A stretch of 64,000 bases of DNA from Chiloscyllium plagiosum (GCF_004010195.1 NC_057728.1:47900718-47964717); one strand, 5' to 3'. Positions 36,901-47,229 are shown, counted from the stretch's first letter. Made by a program: numbers and translations. Notes: a model not told the origin generated them from the letters alone.

Positions 36901-39900
36901 CAGGGGACAAATCCTCATACTTGGCATATAGCAAGATTGTTATTGTTGGAAGTCAGTTATCTCAGCTCCAGGACATCTCTGCAGGAGTTCTTCAAGGTAG
37001 AGTCCTAGGCCCAATCATCTTTATCTGTTTCATCAATGCCCATTCCTCCAGCATAAGATCAAAAGTGGGGATGTTCGACAATGATCACACAATGTTCAGC
37101 ACCATTCATGGCTCCTCAGATACTGCAGCAGTCCAGGTTCAAATACAATAAGATCTGGACAATAATGAAGCTTGGGCTGACAAGTGGCAACCAACATTTC
37201 CACCACAGAAGTGCCAGGCAATGACAACCTCTAATAAGAAACAATCTGACCACTGCTCCTTAAAATTCAATGATGTTACCATCACTGAATTCCCATTATC
37301 AACCCCCTGAGGGTTACCATTTACTGGAAACTCAACTGGACTCGCCACATAAACAGTGGCTATAAGAAAAGGTCAGAAAGTAGGAACACAGTGCCGAGTA
37401 ACTCCCCATCTGACTCCCCAAAGCCTGTCCACCATTTACAAGGTGCTAGTCAGGAGTGTGATTGAATACTCCCCACTTGCTTGGATGAGTGCGACTGAAC
37501 GATTCGCCAGAAGTTTGACACCATACAGGACAAAGCAACCCACTTGATTAACTCCAGATCTACAAGTATCCACTCCGTCCATCACCAATGCTCAGTGGCA
37601 GCAGTGTGTACTATCTACAAGATGAAATACAGAAATTCAACAAAGATCCTTAGACAGCACCTTTCGAACTGTTGACCACTTCCATCTAGAAGGGCAAGGG
37701 CAGCAAATGGAACACCACCACCTATGAGTTCTCCAAACAACTCAGCATCCTGACTTGGAAATGTATTGCAGTTCCTTCACTGTTGCTGAGTCTAAATCCT
37801 GGAATTCCCACCTTAAGGGTATTGTGGGTCAGTCAACCCACATATGAGAGAGCTTCAGGTGGAGCAAGGAAAATGTTGCACAGCTCTCATGTTATACAAG
37901 CATTGAAAAAAGGAACAGAAATGGGTCTTTTAGCTTCACCTTTCATTATGATCATGGCTGATTATCCAATTCAAGAGCCTATTTCTGCTTTGTCCCCCCC
38001 TATCCTTTGTCCCTTCACCCCAAGTGCTACATCCAACTCTTCTTGAAAGCATACAATGTTTTGACCTCAGCTGCTTTCTGTGGTAGTGAATTCTACAGGC
38101 TCCTCACTCACTGGGTGAAGATATTACTCCTCATCTCTAAATGGTTTACCCCTTATTTGTACAAAGTTAAAAATCATACAACACCAGGTTGTAGTCCAAC
38201 AGGTCTAATTGGAAGCACTAGTTTTTGGAGCGCTGCTCCTTATTTGTAGATTGTGATCCCTAGTTCTGGGCTTCCTTTTATCCAATCTTTTGGATATCCT
38301 TTGGTTACAGATAGCACATTGTTTCAACTGAAGACATCAGAGTATTGATGTTGTAAGCCATCATTTCCTGTGCCTATGAGTGAAGTAAGAATATAAGCAA
38401 AACACAGACTAGATTAAAGGGAAAAGCCTCAGTGAATGTGGTATTGTCCCTGTTGTATAAGGGTTGGATATGTAACTGCTCACATTGGGTGAACTTGTAT
38501 TCTAGCTTTTTGTGATTCATGCAAGAAAGGGGAGACACACCACACTCTGATGGGCTACAGCAGAAGGAAATAGATAAGAAGTCTTCCACTCTACTGGAAG
38601 ATTTATTAGAATTTTTGAGGAGGTAACAAGCAGTATAGATAAGAGGAACAAGAAGATGTAATACATTTGGACTTCAAAAAGGTGTTCAATAAGGTATTAC
38701 ACATAATGATGCTTAGCGTCGGGTGTCATATTTTAGCGTAGATGCTTGATGAATTAACAGAAGGCAGATAGTTGGGAAAAGAGGAAGGATCATTTTCAGG
38801 CCAACAAGCTGTAACTTGTAACTTGTGGAGTGCCACAGAAATTGGTATTGGAGTTACAATTATTTACAATATAAATCAATAACTCGGACAAGAGACATGA
38901 ATGTGTTTATGGCAAGTTTGCAAAAGAGACAAGTTGTGAGGATGACACAGAGGAATATTGACAGGATATGTGAGTGGGTAAAAACTTGGCAGATGGTATA
39001 TAATGGTGAGAAACTGAGAGTTTAACAGGTTTTAGCAGATCTGCAAATTGCACTGTTTGCAAGTTTACCCTCAACACTTATCCCTCTTTATTTTCTTTTC
39101 ATTATCTTTCGGTTTTTAAAACTTTCCCAAGCCTCTGACTTAGAATGATCTTTCCCACATTGTACTTTCTGTTTTCCTTCAATTTGATGATAACCTTAAC
39201 ATCCCTGATTAATCATTGTTAGCTTAACCATTTCTAGAATCTATGTTCCTCATTCGAATATGTTTTTTTTGTGATCCCTGTATATTTTCCAAAATGTCTG
39301 CCATTGTTCCCCAACTGCCTTTGCAGCTTAACTCCTTCAGAAGTCCACTCAGGCTAGCTCTGCCCTCATTCCTTTGTAATTGCCCTTTTTTAAGTTTAGC
39401 ATAGTTATTACAGACCCATGTTTCTCACTGTCAAACTGAATGCTCATGGTCCCTGTTTTCTAGGGGATCTTTTTACTCTGAGGTCAATTATTAAACCTAC
39501 CTCATTACACATCATTGGATCCAAAATAACTTGATCTCTAGATTCAGAACATATTGTTCTCGGAAACTGTTCCAAATATAGTCTGAATTCTTCCTTGTCA
39601 CTGCCTCAGTGAATCTGACTTTATTAATCTGCATGAAAATTAAAGTCATCCGTGATTAGTGTACTTTTTTTACATGACCTCATTATGTCTTTATTTATTC
39701 TCTGCTGTACTGGATAACTACTGTTTGGGGGCTTATATACTACTCCTACCAGTGTTGTCTTGTCTTTTTGATCTTTCTTAACCTCCACCCATATGGCTTC
39801 TACATTTTCTAGTGCAAGATCATTTCTTGCTATTGTTCTTATTCCAGCTCATACTAGCAACTTACCCAACTACCCTTCCTTTTCTTTCCCAGAACAATAT

Positions 39901-42079
39901 GTTCTGAATCCAAAGATCAAGTTTTTTGGATCTGATGATGTGTAATGAGGTCCTTTGAAAAGTCATGTACCCCTGAATATTTCATTCCCAGTTTTGATTT
40001 CCTGGTATCTAATGGCTACAAGATCATACACGTTTACCTCTATTTGTACCACTGTTTTACTTCAATTGTTCCACATGCTATTAGCATTCAAGTAAAGAGT
40101 CATTATTTTTTTCCTTTTCATTGTTTCTTTCCCCTTTGACCCTGTTTTTACATGTTCTAACACCCTGTCCCTTCCTGTCGTATTCTGGGTATCATTATCC
40201 AAATAGCTGCCCTCAAATGCTGCTATATCATTTTGGTTTGTGAACGCCTAACCTATTTATCTGTTTTCAATACATCAGCCCCTCCATCCCAGGAATTAGT
40301 GTAGCGTATATCTTTTATACAGCCTCTAATGTTATTGTATCTTTTCTCAAATACGGGGACCAACACTCTACACATTACTCCATGCTAATACATTACTCAC
40401 AATGCCCTGAGCACCTGTCTTGCCTGATCATCTTTTATGCAGAACCTTATCGAATGCCTTCAGGAAATCCAAATCCTCTATATCTACTGGGTCCCTTTTA
40501 TTAACTCTGCATGTTACATCCTCAAAAGCTTTAGCAAAATTGTCAAATCTGACTTCCCTTTCACAGAACTATTCTTTAAATAATGGGCTTTGCTTCATCT
40601 GACAGTTCACACCCAATATTCATTTGCACTTCCCTGGATGCGTGCAGCTTCAATGGTGCTCAAGAAGCTCAACACTCTCCAGGAGAAACAACCTTATTTA
40701 TTTGACATCTATCTTCCCCTTTCCTCTCTGCACAGTAGCAGCAGTGTTTGCCAACTAGAAAAGCACAAAAATAACTCACCAATGTTCTTTTGCCAGCACC
40801 TTTCAAAACTGTGATATCTATTATGTAGGAAGATAGGAGCAACAGATGCATGGAAGTGCAAGATCCCCTTTGAAGTCACACAATGTCCTGAAATGACACA
40901 ATATTTGCACTCTTTCATCATTGCTAGGTCAAAAAACCCCTCCCTTACAACACTATGGGTGCACTTGCACCCCAAGGAATGCAGCATTCACAAAGCAGCT
41001 CATCTTCACCTTCTCCTGTTTCACAAATTAAACAAAACTCAGCATCCTCCTCTCCCACCTAGAACTGCATTGAAGTACCAGCCTATTATTTGTATAAACC
41101 TTTTGTCCTTGAACCAATGACTTTCTAGTTATGGAGTGAGACTGCTATCATTGAGCCAAGGCTAGTATTAAAGCCAGAGAACTTGAAAATGGTTGAATGC
41201 GTCAAATCTCTAGTTCCAGGATGAGGCACTTAGAGAGCAGAGTGGGAATCAGTGTATTGTGTTATTGTCACATTCTTGGCTAAATAGAGATGGAGTGTTG
41301 TGTAGCATGCAAGAGTGAACAGTCGTCTTTGTATGCAATGTTACAAATTGACTGTGAGGCATTATGAGAAGCCTAGGGAATTAAGGCAGTGCTTTTAGTC
41401 TTAGATTCCTCCATTTGAAAGTAGGAATGAAAATTTGTGCTGCTACTGAGAAAATGCATTTATAAGGTAATAATTTAAGGCATCAATCTTAACTGACAGA
41501 GTATTTTGCCTAAAACTGGGGATAAAACCTGCAAGATGCAGCTAACTATGAGAAGGTGTCTCTCCATTGCATGAGGTCCATGATGATTCAACAGGAAGGT
41601 ATTCCGCCTCCCCCTTCCCACACCATCTTCTCTCGTCTGAGATTATCTGTGAGGTTCCACCTTTTTTCCCCCCCTTTGTCAAAGCTTCAGTGGAAGATCA
41701 GTGTTAGTGCCTTAGAAATGGGAAGTAGGAGATCAGTGGAAAGTTGTAGAAATGCTTTCCGTATAACTAATGTGCCAATCCATAATGTTGCTTTCACCTA
41801 ATCTAATACTATGGACACACTTAACATTTTTAAAATTTTGTTTCTTTCCCCACTCTAGCCCTGTATCAGTGCCATTAATGACATATTGAAAGCAAACCTC
41901 ATTTTAATAATTGGCATAGCCTTTGGACTGGCAGTGATTGAGGTAAAACAATGTCACGAATTCTTTCCCATTTCAGTAGATACATTGACCATTTTCTGTT
42001 ATTAATTCTGCTGTGTTCTCTTTAGATCTTTGGATTGGCCTTCTCTATGATCCTGTATTGCCAAATCAAGAACAAGTGA
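9898..42079 (+). CDS. TSPAN8: Tetraspanin-8-like gene, spliced CDS join(9898-9957,25621-25683,27495-27620,32453-32527,32641-32736,35466-35591,41859-41942,42026-42079), 227 aa
   Basis: Manual assembly gives an uninterrupted [230 protein letters not shown]. It has four hydrophobic TM segments, [15 protein letters not shown] and six LEL cysteines. The N-terminal CIKYSMF.FN.LFW and C-terminal FSM.LYCQI.NK match my recollection of vertebrate TSPAN8. All 7 introns are GT-AG. Confidence 0.95.
10533..10985 (+). mobile_element. Two adjacent HE1-type (V-SINE) copies, both partially deleted
   Basis: A/B boxes (gtggttagc…ggttcgattcc), V-domain GGGTTTCCTCCGGGTGCTC.GGTTTCCTCCCACAGTCCAAAGATGTGC, and a gggaatctaatctaat tail to ~10810; a second fragment follows. 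Confidence 0.88.
10995..12135 (-). mobile_element. CR1/L2-clade LINE family B, RT region with internal deletions
   Basis: ORF 11697..12101 ([13 protein letters not shown]…NY.PISL.S…[11 protein letters not shown]) is the start of a non-LTR RT domain; homologous to 36170-37550. Confidence 0.85.
12822..12935 (+). mobile_element. Short tRNA-derived SINE fragment (similar copies at ~13826-13935 and ~20875-20965)
   Basis: gcagtggtagt.tccct.cctct.ag.cag…GGGTTCAA repeated at three dispersed sites. Confidence 0.65.
15955..16320 (-). mobile_element. CR1 3' end
   Basis: ORF 16082..16282 ([21 protein letters not shown]). Confidence 0.85.
16400..17404 (+). mobile_element. Rex1/Babar-like LINE 3' half, interrupted by a Penelope-derived insert (16831-17024)
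   Basis: Degenerate peptides [23 protein letters not shown] and [28 protein letters not shown]; (AAATC)n tail at ~17390-17403. Confidence 0.75.
17889..18222 (+). mobile_element. Full-length young HE1-type SINE
   Basis: GGGCAGCACGGTGGCACAGTGGTTAGC head, intact CpGs, V-domain, CR1-like 3' end and (AATCT)n tail. Confidence 0.93.
18545..20103 (+). mobile_element. CR1/HER1 LINE spanning the N gap
   Basis: [22 protein letters not shown] before the gap; ORF2 C-terminus (ORF 19762..20025) and ctatgactct tail after it. Confidence 0.92.
18734..19523. other. Assembly gap (790 N) inside a CR1 copy
   Basis: Run of N; both flanks are + strand CR1 ORF2 sequence. Confidence 0.99.
21426..21741 (-). mobile_element. 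HE1-type SINE
   Basis: Reverse complement of the HE1 layout: ttagattacagtgtggaaacaggccc … ctaaccactgagccaccatgccgccc. Confidence 0.92.
21753..23585 (+). mobile_element. CR1/HER1 LINE ORF2 (5'-truncated, internally deleted) with an inserted HE1 SINE
   Basis: ORFs 21744, 22185 ([10 protein letters not shown]…SPGPD), 22479 ([10 protein letters not shown]…NYRLVS.TS) and 23189; 3' tail at ~23570-23585. Confidence 0.93.
22571..22808 (-). mobile_element. Young HE1-type SINE inserted in CR1, with an internal deletion
   Basis: Splits CR1 at gggcaagtt|gttggagggaatcc; nearly identical in reverse to 17889-18222 but lacks the segment between ggactgtggga and tcgcctgagg. Confidence 0.92.
25621..25683 (+). 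CDS. TSPAN8: TSPAN8 coding exon 2 ([21 protein letters not shown])
   Basis: Acceptor tctttttggctttcag ends at 25620; 63 nt; donor AAG|GTAAC. It is the start of track ORF 25621..25911. Confidence 0.95.
25745..26080 (-). mobile_element. Old DeuSINE (SacSINE1/AmnSINE1-like) remnant
   Basis: Reverse complement resembles the Deu domain (…aata.ttatccctcaa…cactaaaacag.ttatctg…tttcctacatt..aaca.tgactaca…); homologous to 63570-64000. Confidence 0.65.
26303..27152 (+). mobile_element. CR1/HER1 LINE 3' portion in TSPAN8 intron 2
   Basis: [15 protein letters not shown]… through ORF 26682..26990 to the ctatgattatgactctat tail. Confidence 0.92.
27495..27620 (+). CDS. TSPAN8: TSPAN8 coding exon 3 (end of small loop, TM2, GCCGAIKES)
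   Basis: Acceptor ctccttttcactgcag; 126 nt; donor TTG|GTATGT; encodes the tetraspanin signature [16 protein letters not shown]. Confidence 0.96.
28858..30470 (-). mobile_element. Younger CR1/HER1 LINE (deleted) in TSPAN8 intron 3
   Basis: 3' tail gtcatagagatgtacagcatgg at 28861; ORFs 28978..29238 and 30183..30461 are CR1 ORF2 pieces. Confidence 0.92.
29325..29660. mobile_element. One-ended Tigger-type MITE fragment within CR1
   Basis: Ends with repeated TTCGGATAAT units and …TCGGGATTCCCCG-TA, similar to the right TIR at 33361-33383. Confidence 0.6.
32453..32527 (+). CDS. TSPAN8: TSPAN8 coding exon 4 (TM3)
   Basis: Acceptor ctttctcttgtttcacag; 75 nt encoding [25 protein letters not shown]; donor AAG|GTAATC. 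Confidence 0.95.
32641..32736 (+). CDS. TSPAN8: TSPAN8 coding exon 5 (large extracellular loop, N-glycosylation sequon NET)
   Basis: Acceptor ctgtttctttattcaag; 96 nt in frame ending FQEE; consensus donor GAG|GTAAGT; preceded by a 113-nt intron. Confidence 0.9.
32815..33383. mobile_element. Tc1/mariner-superfamily (Tigger-type) MITE, outer element
   Basis: TA-flanked 23-bp TIRs CAGGGCAACCTTGATATTCTGAA / revcomp CAGGGCAACCTCGATTATCTGAA (20/23 match). Confidence 0.85.
32888..33293. mobile_element. Tigger-type MITE, inner element
   Basis: TA-flanked 24-bp TIRs CAGGTATAAGATCCTTTATCTGAA / revcomp CAGGTACAAGATCCTTTATCCGAA (22/24 match). Confidence 0.88.
33430..33692 (+). mobile_element. SINE remnant with Meta-domain-like core (related piece at ~34620-34730)
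   Basis: gaaggaaactgctatccttacctggtctg…atgtgacttcagacccac…ttgactcttaactgccctctg followed by the GCAATAAAT tail shared with LINE family B. The family name is from memory. Confidence 0.5.
35466..35591 (+). CDS. TSPAN8: TSPAN8 coding exon 6 (CCG motif, variable LEL)
   Basis: Long pyrimidine tract then AAG (35463-35465); KQCCG...DW...PPSCNC...C; donor CAG|GTACT. An alternative in-frame acceptor at 35471 is possible. Confidence 0.92.
35858..37830 (+). mobile_element. CR1/L2-clade LINE family B, longest copy, with a CR1 3' fragment inserted at ~36391-36660 (- strand)
   Basis: RT motifs (ORF 36693..37151: [20 protein letters not shown]…MFDND.T), AWADKWQ..F.P.KCQAM and EYSPLAWM; host sequence resumes across the insert (catcagttta|tttactctcgatc). 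Confidence 0.88.
38590..41020. mobile_element. Cluster of old CR1 fragments (both strands) and a family B 3' end
   Basis: LEFFEEVT…[14 protein letters not shown] at ~38605-38705 (+), antisense CR1 pieces 39100-40560, family B 3' region 40610-41020. Confidence 0.7.
41859..41942 (+). CDS. TSPAN8: TSPAN8 coding exon 7 (last LEL Cys, TM4)
   Basis: Acceptor tttctttccccactctag; 84 nt encoding [28 protein letters not shown]; donor GAG|GTAAAA. Confidence 0.95.
42026..42079 (+). CDS. TSPAN8: TSPAN8 terminal coding exon ([17 protein letters not shown])
   Basis: 83-nt intron, acceptor gtgttctctttag; TGA at 42077-42079; contains the YxxPhi motif YCQI. Confidence 0.95.
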   Translation: MFGLAFSMILYCQIKNK

Positions 42080-42449
42080 AAACGAGAGTTTTCTTCAGTC
42101 AGTGCATTAGTTCATTACAGATATTTTGTCTTGGGCATATGACTCATTCTTGTGCTTAAATTGTAGTTTTGAAATTCTGATTAATTTGATTTAAACCTAG
42201 AATGTAACTCAGCCATTTGTGCTCCTCATTATATCCTGTTGGTTTACTATATGTGCATGTACAGATGCATCTTGCCATCTTGCAAAATGGCGTTACAGTT
42301 GAAAGTGAGGCCATTCACTTTGTCTTATTTGCATGCTGAGCGATTGTGAAGTGAACAGAACTTGCAGCCCTTAGGTTTAGTGTGCTCTTAAAAACCAATT
42401 TCCTTGTAATGTTGAATTCTTCCACAGCGATGAAGCTGTATTTGAGTCA

Positions 42450-42455
42450 AATAAA
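42450..42455 (+). terminator. Candidate polyadenylation signal for TSPAN8
   Basis: First AATAAA I see downstream of the stop (~370 nt 3' UTR), just before repeat sequence resumes at ~42560. Confidence 0.6.
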
Positions 42456-42559
42456 AGTTTACTGTAGCAGATAAAAACTGCTTATGAAATAATTGATCAA
42501 AAGGTGAGAGACTCTTTGAAGAATGGGTGAGGGAGGGGTGGAATGGTCTATGCCAGGAA

Positions 42560-44015
42560 CATGAAAGAGGTCCAACACTTTGGTAGACTGTCATGCATCA
42601 AACAGAAAACAAAATGTGGGCTGTGAACGAGGCTGTAACTTAGTAGTAGAGTAATGGTGGAAGGATGCTTCTCTGACCAGAAATCTCTGACTAGTGGTGT
42701 TTCGCAGGGATCAGTGCTGGGATGCCTGGTGTTTGTAATATGTCAATGAGTTGGAGGTGAATATAGGTGGCCTAGTCAGTAAGTTTGCAGATGGCACAAA
42801 GATTGGGGAGCTGCGGATAGTGAGAAGGATTGCCAGAGGATTAGGCAGTATATAGATAGGTTAGATACTTGGGCGTAGAAATGGCATGTGGAATTTAATC
42901 TGGACAAATGCGGCACGGTGGCACAGTGGTTAGCACTGCTGCCTCGCAGCGCCAGAGACCCGGGTTCAATTCCCGCCTCAGGCGACTGACTGTGTGGAGT
43001 TTGCACGTTCTCCCCGTGTCTGCGTGGGTTTCCTCCGGGTGCTCCGGTTTCCTCCCACAGTCACAAAGATGTGCAGGTCAGGTGAATTGGCCATGCTAAA
43101 TTGCCCGTAGTGTTAGGTAAGGGGGAAATGTAGGGGTATGGGTGGGTTACGCTTCGGTGGGTCGGTGTGGACTTGTTGGGCCGAAGGGCCTGTTTCCACA
43201 CTGTAAAGTAATCTAAAGTAATCTAAAGTAATCTAATCTAAAAAAAAAATGCGAGGTGATTTTATTTTGGACGATCTAATGGAGGAGGGATGTGGCAGTA
43301 AATGACAGAGCCCTTGGTAGCATCAATATACAAATGGATCTAGGTGTTACAGATCCATGGTTGGCTGAAAGTGGAAACACAAGTGGACAAAATGATCAAG
43401 AAGGCATACAGCATGTTTGCCTTCATTGGACGGAGTATGGAGCATTAAAAAAATTGGCAAGTCACATTTCAGCTTTATAGAACTTTAGTTAGGCCACATT
43501 TGGGATAATGTGTACAGTTCTGGTCGCCATACAACAGAAAGGATGTGGAGGCTTTGGAGAGGATACAGGATGTTGTCTGGTTTGGAGGGTATTAGCTATG
43601 AGGAGAGTTTGGACAAACCTGGTTTGTTTTCACTTGACCGTCAATGGATGACCCGTGACCTGATAGAAGTTTACAAAATTGTCAGAGGCATGGATAGAAT
43701 GGATAGTCAGAGCCTTTTTCCCAGGGCAGAAATGTCAATTTCCAGGGATCATAGGTTTAAGATAAAAAGGTGTAAATTTAAAGATGTGAGAGGCAAGTGT
43801 TTTACACAGAGGGTGGTAAGCGCTTGGAATGCACTGCTGGTGGAGTTGGTCAAGGCAGATACAATAGCAATGTTTAAGAGACATGTATGAATATGCAGGA
43901 ACAGAAAGATGTGAACCACATAGAGGCAAAGGTTTTTAGTTGAGAAAGGCATGATGTTTTGGTGCAGTCGTGGTGGGATGAAGGGCTATTCCTGTGCTAT
44001 ATTGCTCTTTTGGTC
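42560..44015 (+). mobile_element. CR1 LINE RT/3' portion with HE1 insertion
   Basis: SGVSQGSVLG…SKFADGTKIG…W.VEFNLDKC, then ORF 43510..43890 (ORF2 C-terminus). Confidence 0.9.
42913..43246 (+). mobile_element. Young HE1-type SINE with target-site duplication
   Basis: Intact A/B boxes and CpGs, (AAAGTAATCT)n plus short A tail; AAATGCG on both sides (42906-42912, 43247-43253). Confidence 0.93.
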
Positions 44016-45067
44016 TAAGTGTTTTGCATTACTGTCACATAATATATTACTCCTCACTGACTCTAGAGGACCAGAACATGCTTCAGTTCATCAGGATATA
44101 GAGCTGAATTAATATTGATGTGAAATTTGCAGAAAGAACAATTAAGTTATTAGTGCTCACTCTTCAGTAAATTAGGCAGAAATTTCCTGCGTCTACACAT
44201 GCACTTGAACACAGAGATCAGTTGGTTGCTGCCTGAGTTGCCTTGCTCCTTCCTAAGCATTCTTATATCTCACTGAAGGGCTCAGCATTCATGTACACAC
44301 AAGATGTGATCCTTAACCACTAAACATGTCAGAAGCAGGTAACTTGTCCATTCAAGTGGAAACTAATTTTTAATAGCATATTATTAATAAATTACTACCA
44401 GGCAGCCCCTCTAGAACTGAAAATTTATTTCTTAAAAAAATTTTAGTCTCATTCCTTAAGATTTACTTTCTTACACTTTCAGCAGAATAACTTGCAAACC
44501 TTTTCTCTGAAAAATATTTCTAGTTTAATGAGCCATCGTTTGGTGATTAGAGTCTCACTAGAACACAACTGGTGTCTGGACAACTTTTAGTAAGTTTTTT
44601 GGAATAGGAAACAAGCCCAATTTGATGTCCCCCCAGTTGAGGACAATTGAATTTGTACTGATGGGGATTTTTAGAAAACATTTTGTTGGACACCGTTTAA
44701 GTGGAAACTGTTATATTTGGAAAAAGCTGACTATTTTAGGTATGGCAACTGTTTTGTAATTGGTTTTAAGACTGAAGAGCAAGGCAAAATGGTTAAAATC
44801 GGTTTGTGGCATTTCCATGGCTGCCGCTTGTGTATTTGTAGTGATTTAATGATAAATGAGCCAAAGCTTATATGACTACTTTTTGAGGAAGTTAAAAATG
44901 AATAGGTGTCTGTGCATTGTGGATTGTAAATTTTAAATGGGTTTATAATCACTGGAATTACAGATTTACTTTTGTAAGTAATAAGAAAAATATATAAACT
45001 GAGCATGGATATTGTATGTGAAATGTACTGGTGTGAATAGTTTTTATTCCAATATTATTTATCAGTT

Positions 45068-45215
45068 AAAAGGAACAACCTGAGGATGCTGGAAATCTGA
45101 AACCAGAACAGTAATTGCTGAAAAAACACAATAGGTCTGGCAGTGTTGGTGGAGAGAAAGCAGACCTTTCTGAAGAATGGTCACTGAACCTGAAACATCA
45201 CCTCTGCTTTCACAG
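45068..45215. mobile_element. Short Penelope-derived inverted pLTR element (similar at ~15035-15190, 25385-25470, 31908-31985, 60318-60460)
   Basis: Shared gatgctggaaatctgaaa…aattgctg.a.aaact.agcaggtctggcagc…gagagaaa.caga head followed by CTGAAGA…; resembles the pLTR at 8562-8660. Confidence 0.65.
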
Positions 45216-46523
45216 CAGTGTTCTTGACTCTCAAATACCCTTGGGGCGCTTAGGAATGGACAAGGAATGCTGGCTTAGCCAGTGTGCTTGCATCCTGTGA
45301 ATGAGAAATAACAATGTTACATCCGTTTGTTACAAATGAGAGAGAATATAATCATAATTCAACTGGTAGCATTTTAATGGGGTGAAAGAATAGAGAAATT
45401 TAAAAGAATAATTACAACTGAGAATGAACAGTCAAAAAATAATTCCCTGGTTGATGAATCAAGGAGGCAAATTTCGAGAAGAATGTTATTAAAACAGCGA
45501 AATAACTAATGCATATAATTATCAAAGCTTTAGTTTATTCTGATGTTTGAGAAGCCCCTGGAAGAAAAATGGAAAATAATGCAAAAAAATGGGATTTAAA
45601 TAAATATTAATAACGGGGATAATTAATATTGATATTAATGTTAATATTAATTATGATTAATGGGGATAATTACCTCTTGTGCTGGTTTATTTTCTTTCAC
45701 AATAATGTACATTGCAGATTTGTGAATGTAAATATTTTAATTTTAAACTGCTGGGGCTGTATTTCCCGCACAATTTCATTTATTAATGTTTTATTGATTG
45801 TGCTAACTTTAATCTTCATACGGAAGCCCTGACCACACTTTTCTTTTTTAGTGTGTGTGCTTTCCAAAAGAAAAATCTGAGCTCTCTTCTGCAAATCAAT
45901 TATCATCCAGATTTCTGGTACAAAGCTAGTTTTCTTCCTAATGTTTTGCAGTTTGAACACCAGTGCTTGGTACTGCAAGTCTCCTTAATGATGATAATGC
46001 TGAATGAAATAGAGCAATTTCTAACTACACAATGGACAATATTTGCTTTGCAATCAGCCTTTTGAAATATTGCCAGATTTGTGACCCATAGTTGCAACAT
46101 TTTTCAGTGCGGGTGGTTTGATTGGTTTTACCACAAGTTTTAACAATATATAAACGAACAAGCACTTTATACTTGAAACGATTGTCATTTATTTCAATCA
46201 AGTAGAGCAGTAATTATGTTTGTTTTCATGAGTGATCGAACTGTTTCTTTTACAAAAACAATTTTATTTTGCAATTTTATGATTGTTACTGTTATATAGT
46301 TAGAATGAATACATATTGGGTAATTTTGTTCTAGGTATGCTGGTCATTCGTGCAACAGTCAAAGGGCCAGGAAACTCACATTATATTATCTTCAAAAATT
46401 ACTATCTTGGGTCAATTTTATGACTAAACTGTTATCTCTGAAAATTTGCGTGAAACATTCACATTTGAAAATGAAGAAAATAAAGTGTTGTGTTTGAGCA
46501 AATAAGAGGGCTATTGAAATCTG

Positions 46524-47120
46524 GAGTCATAGAGTCATAGAGATGTACAACAAAGAAACAGACCCTTTGTTCCTACTCATTCATGCTGACCAGATATCCT
46601 ACTAATCTAGTTCCATGTGCCACCACTTGGCCCATATACCTCCAAACCCTTCCTATTCATAAACCCATCCAGATGCCTTTTAAATGTTGTAATTGTGCCA
46701 GGATCCACCACATTCTCTGGCAGCTCATCCATACCTGCACACCACCCTCTGTGTGAAAAGTTGCACCTTGTGTCCCTTTTAAATCTTTCCCCTATCATCC
46801 TAAACCTATACCCTCTAGTTCTGGACTCCCCCACCCTGGAGAAAATACCTTGTTTATTTACCCTATCCATGCCCCTCATGATTTTATAAGCTTCTATAAA
46901 TTCAACCCTCAGCCTCTGATGCTCCAGGGAAAATAGCGCTAGCTTTTCCTATAGCTCAAACCCTCCAACCCTGGCAACATCCTTGTAAATAATTTCTCAA
47001 CTCTTCCAAGTTTCACAACATCCTTCCTATAGAAGGGAGGCCAGAATTGCACGCAATAATCCAACAGTGACCTGACCAATGTCCTGCACAGCCGCAACAT
47101 GACCTCCCAACTCCTATAGT
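46524..47120 (-). mobile_element. CR1/HER1 3' end
   Basis: (GAGTCATA)2 tail; ORFs 46607..46879 and the C-terminal half of 46939..47328. Confidence 0.92.
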
Positions 47121-47229
47121 CAAATCTTTGACCTTCTGGATCACCAGGAACAATGAGGCAGAAAATACAATACTTAAGAAGAGAATTGGACCGATATTTG
47201 AAAATAGACTGTAAGACATTGGAGGCAAA

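Noticed and set aside
46105..46160. Reverse CCAAT (46121), RUNX-like TACCACA and TATATAAA (46147) cluster
   Set aside because: Short motifs in AT-rich DNA with no downstream exon or ORF I can support.
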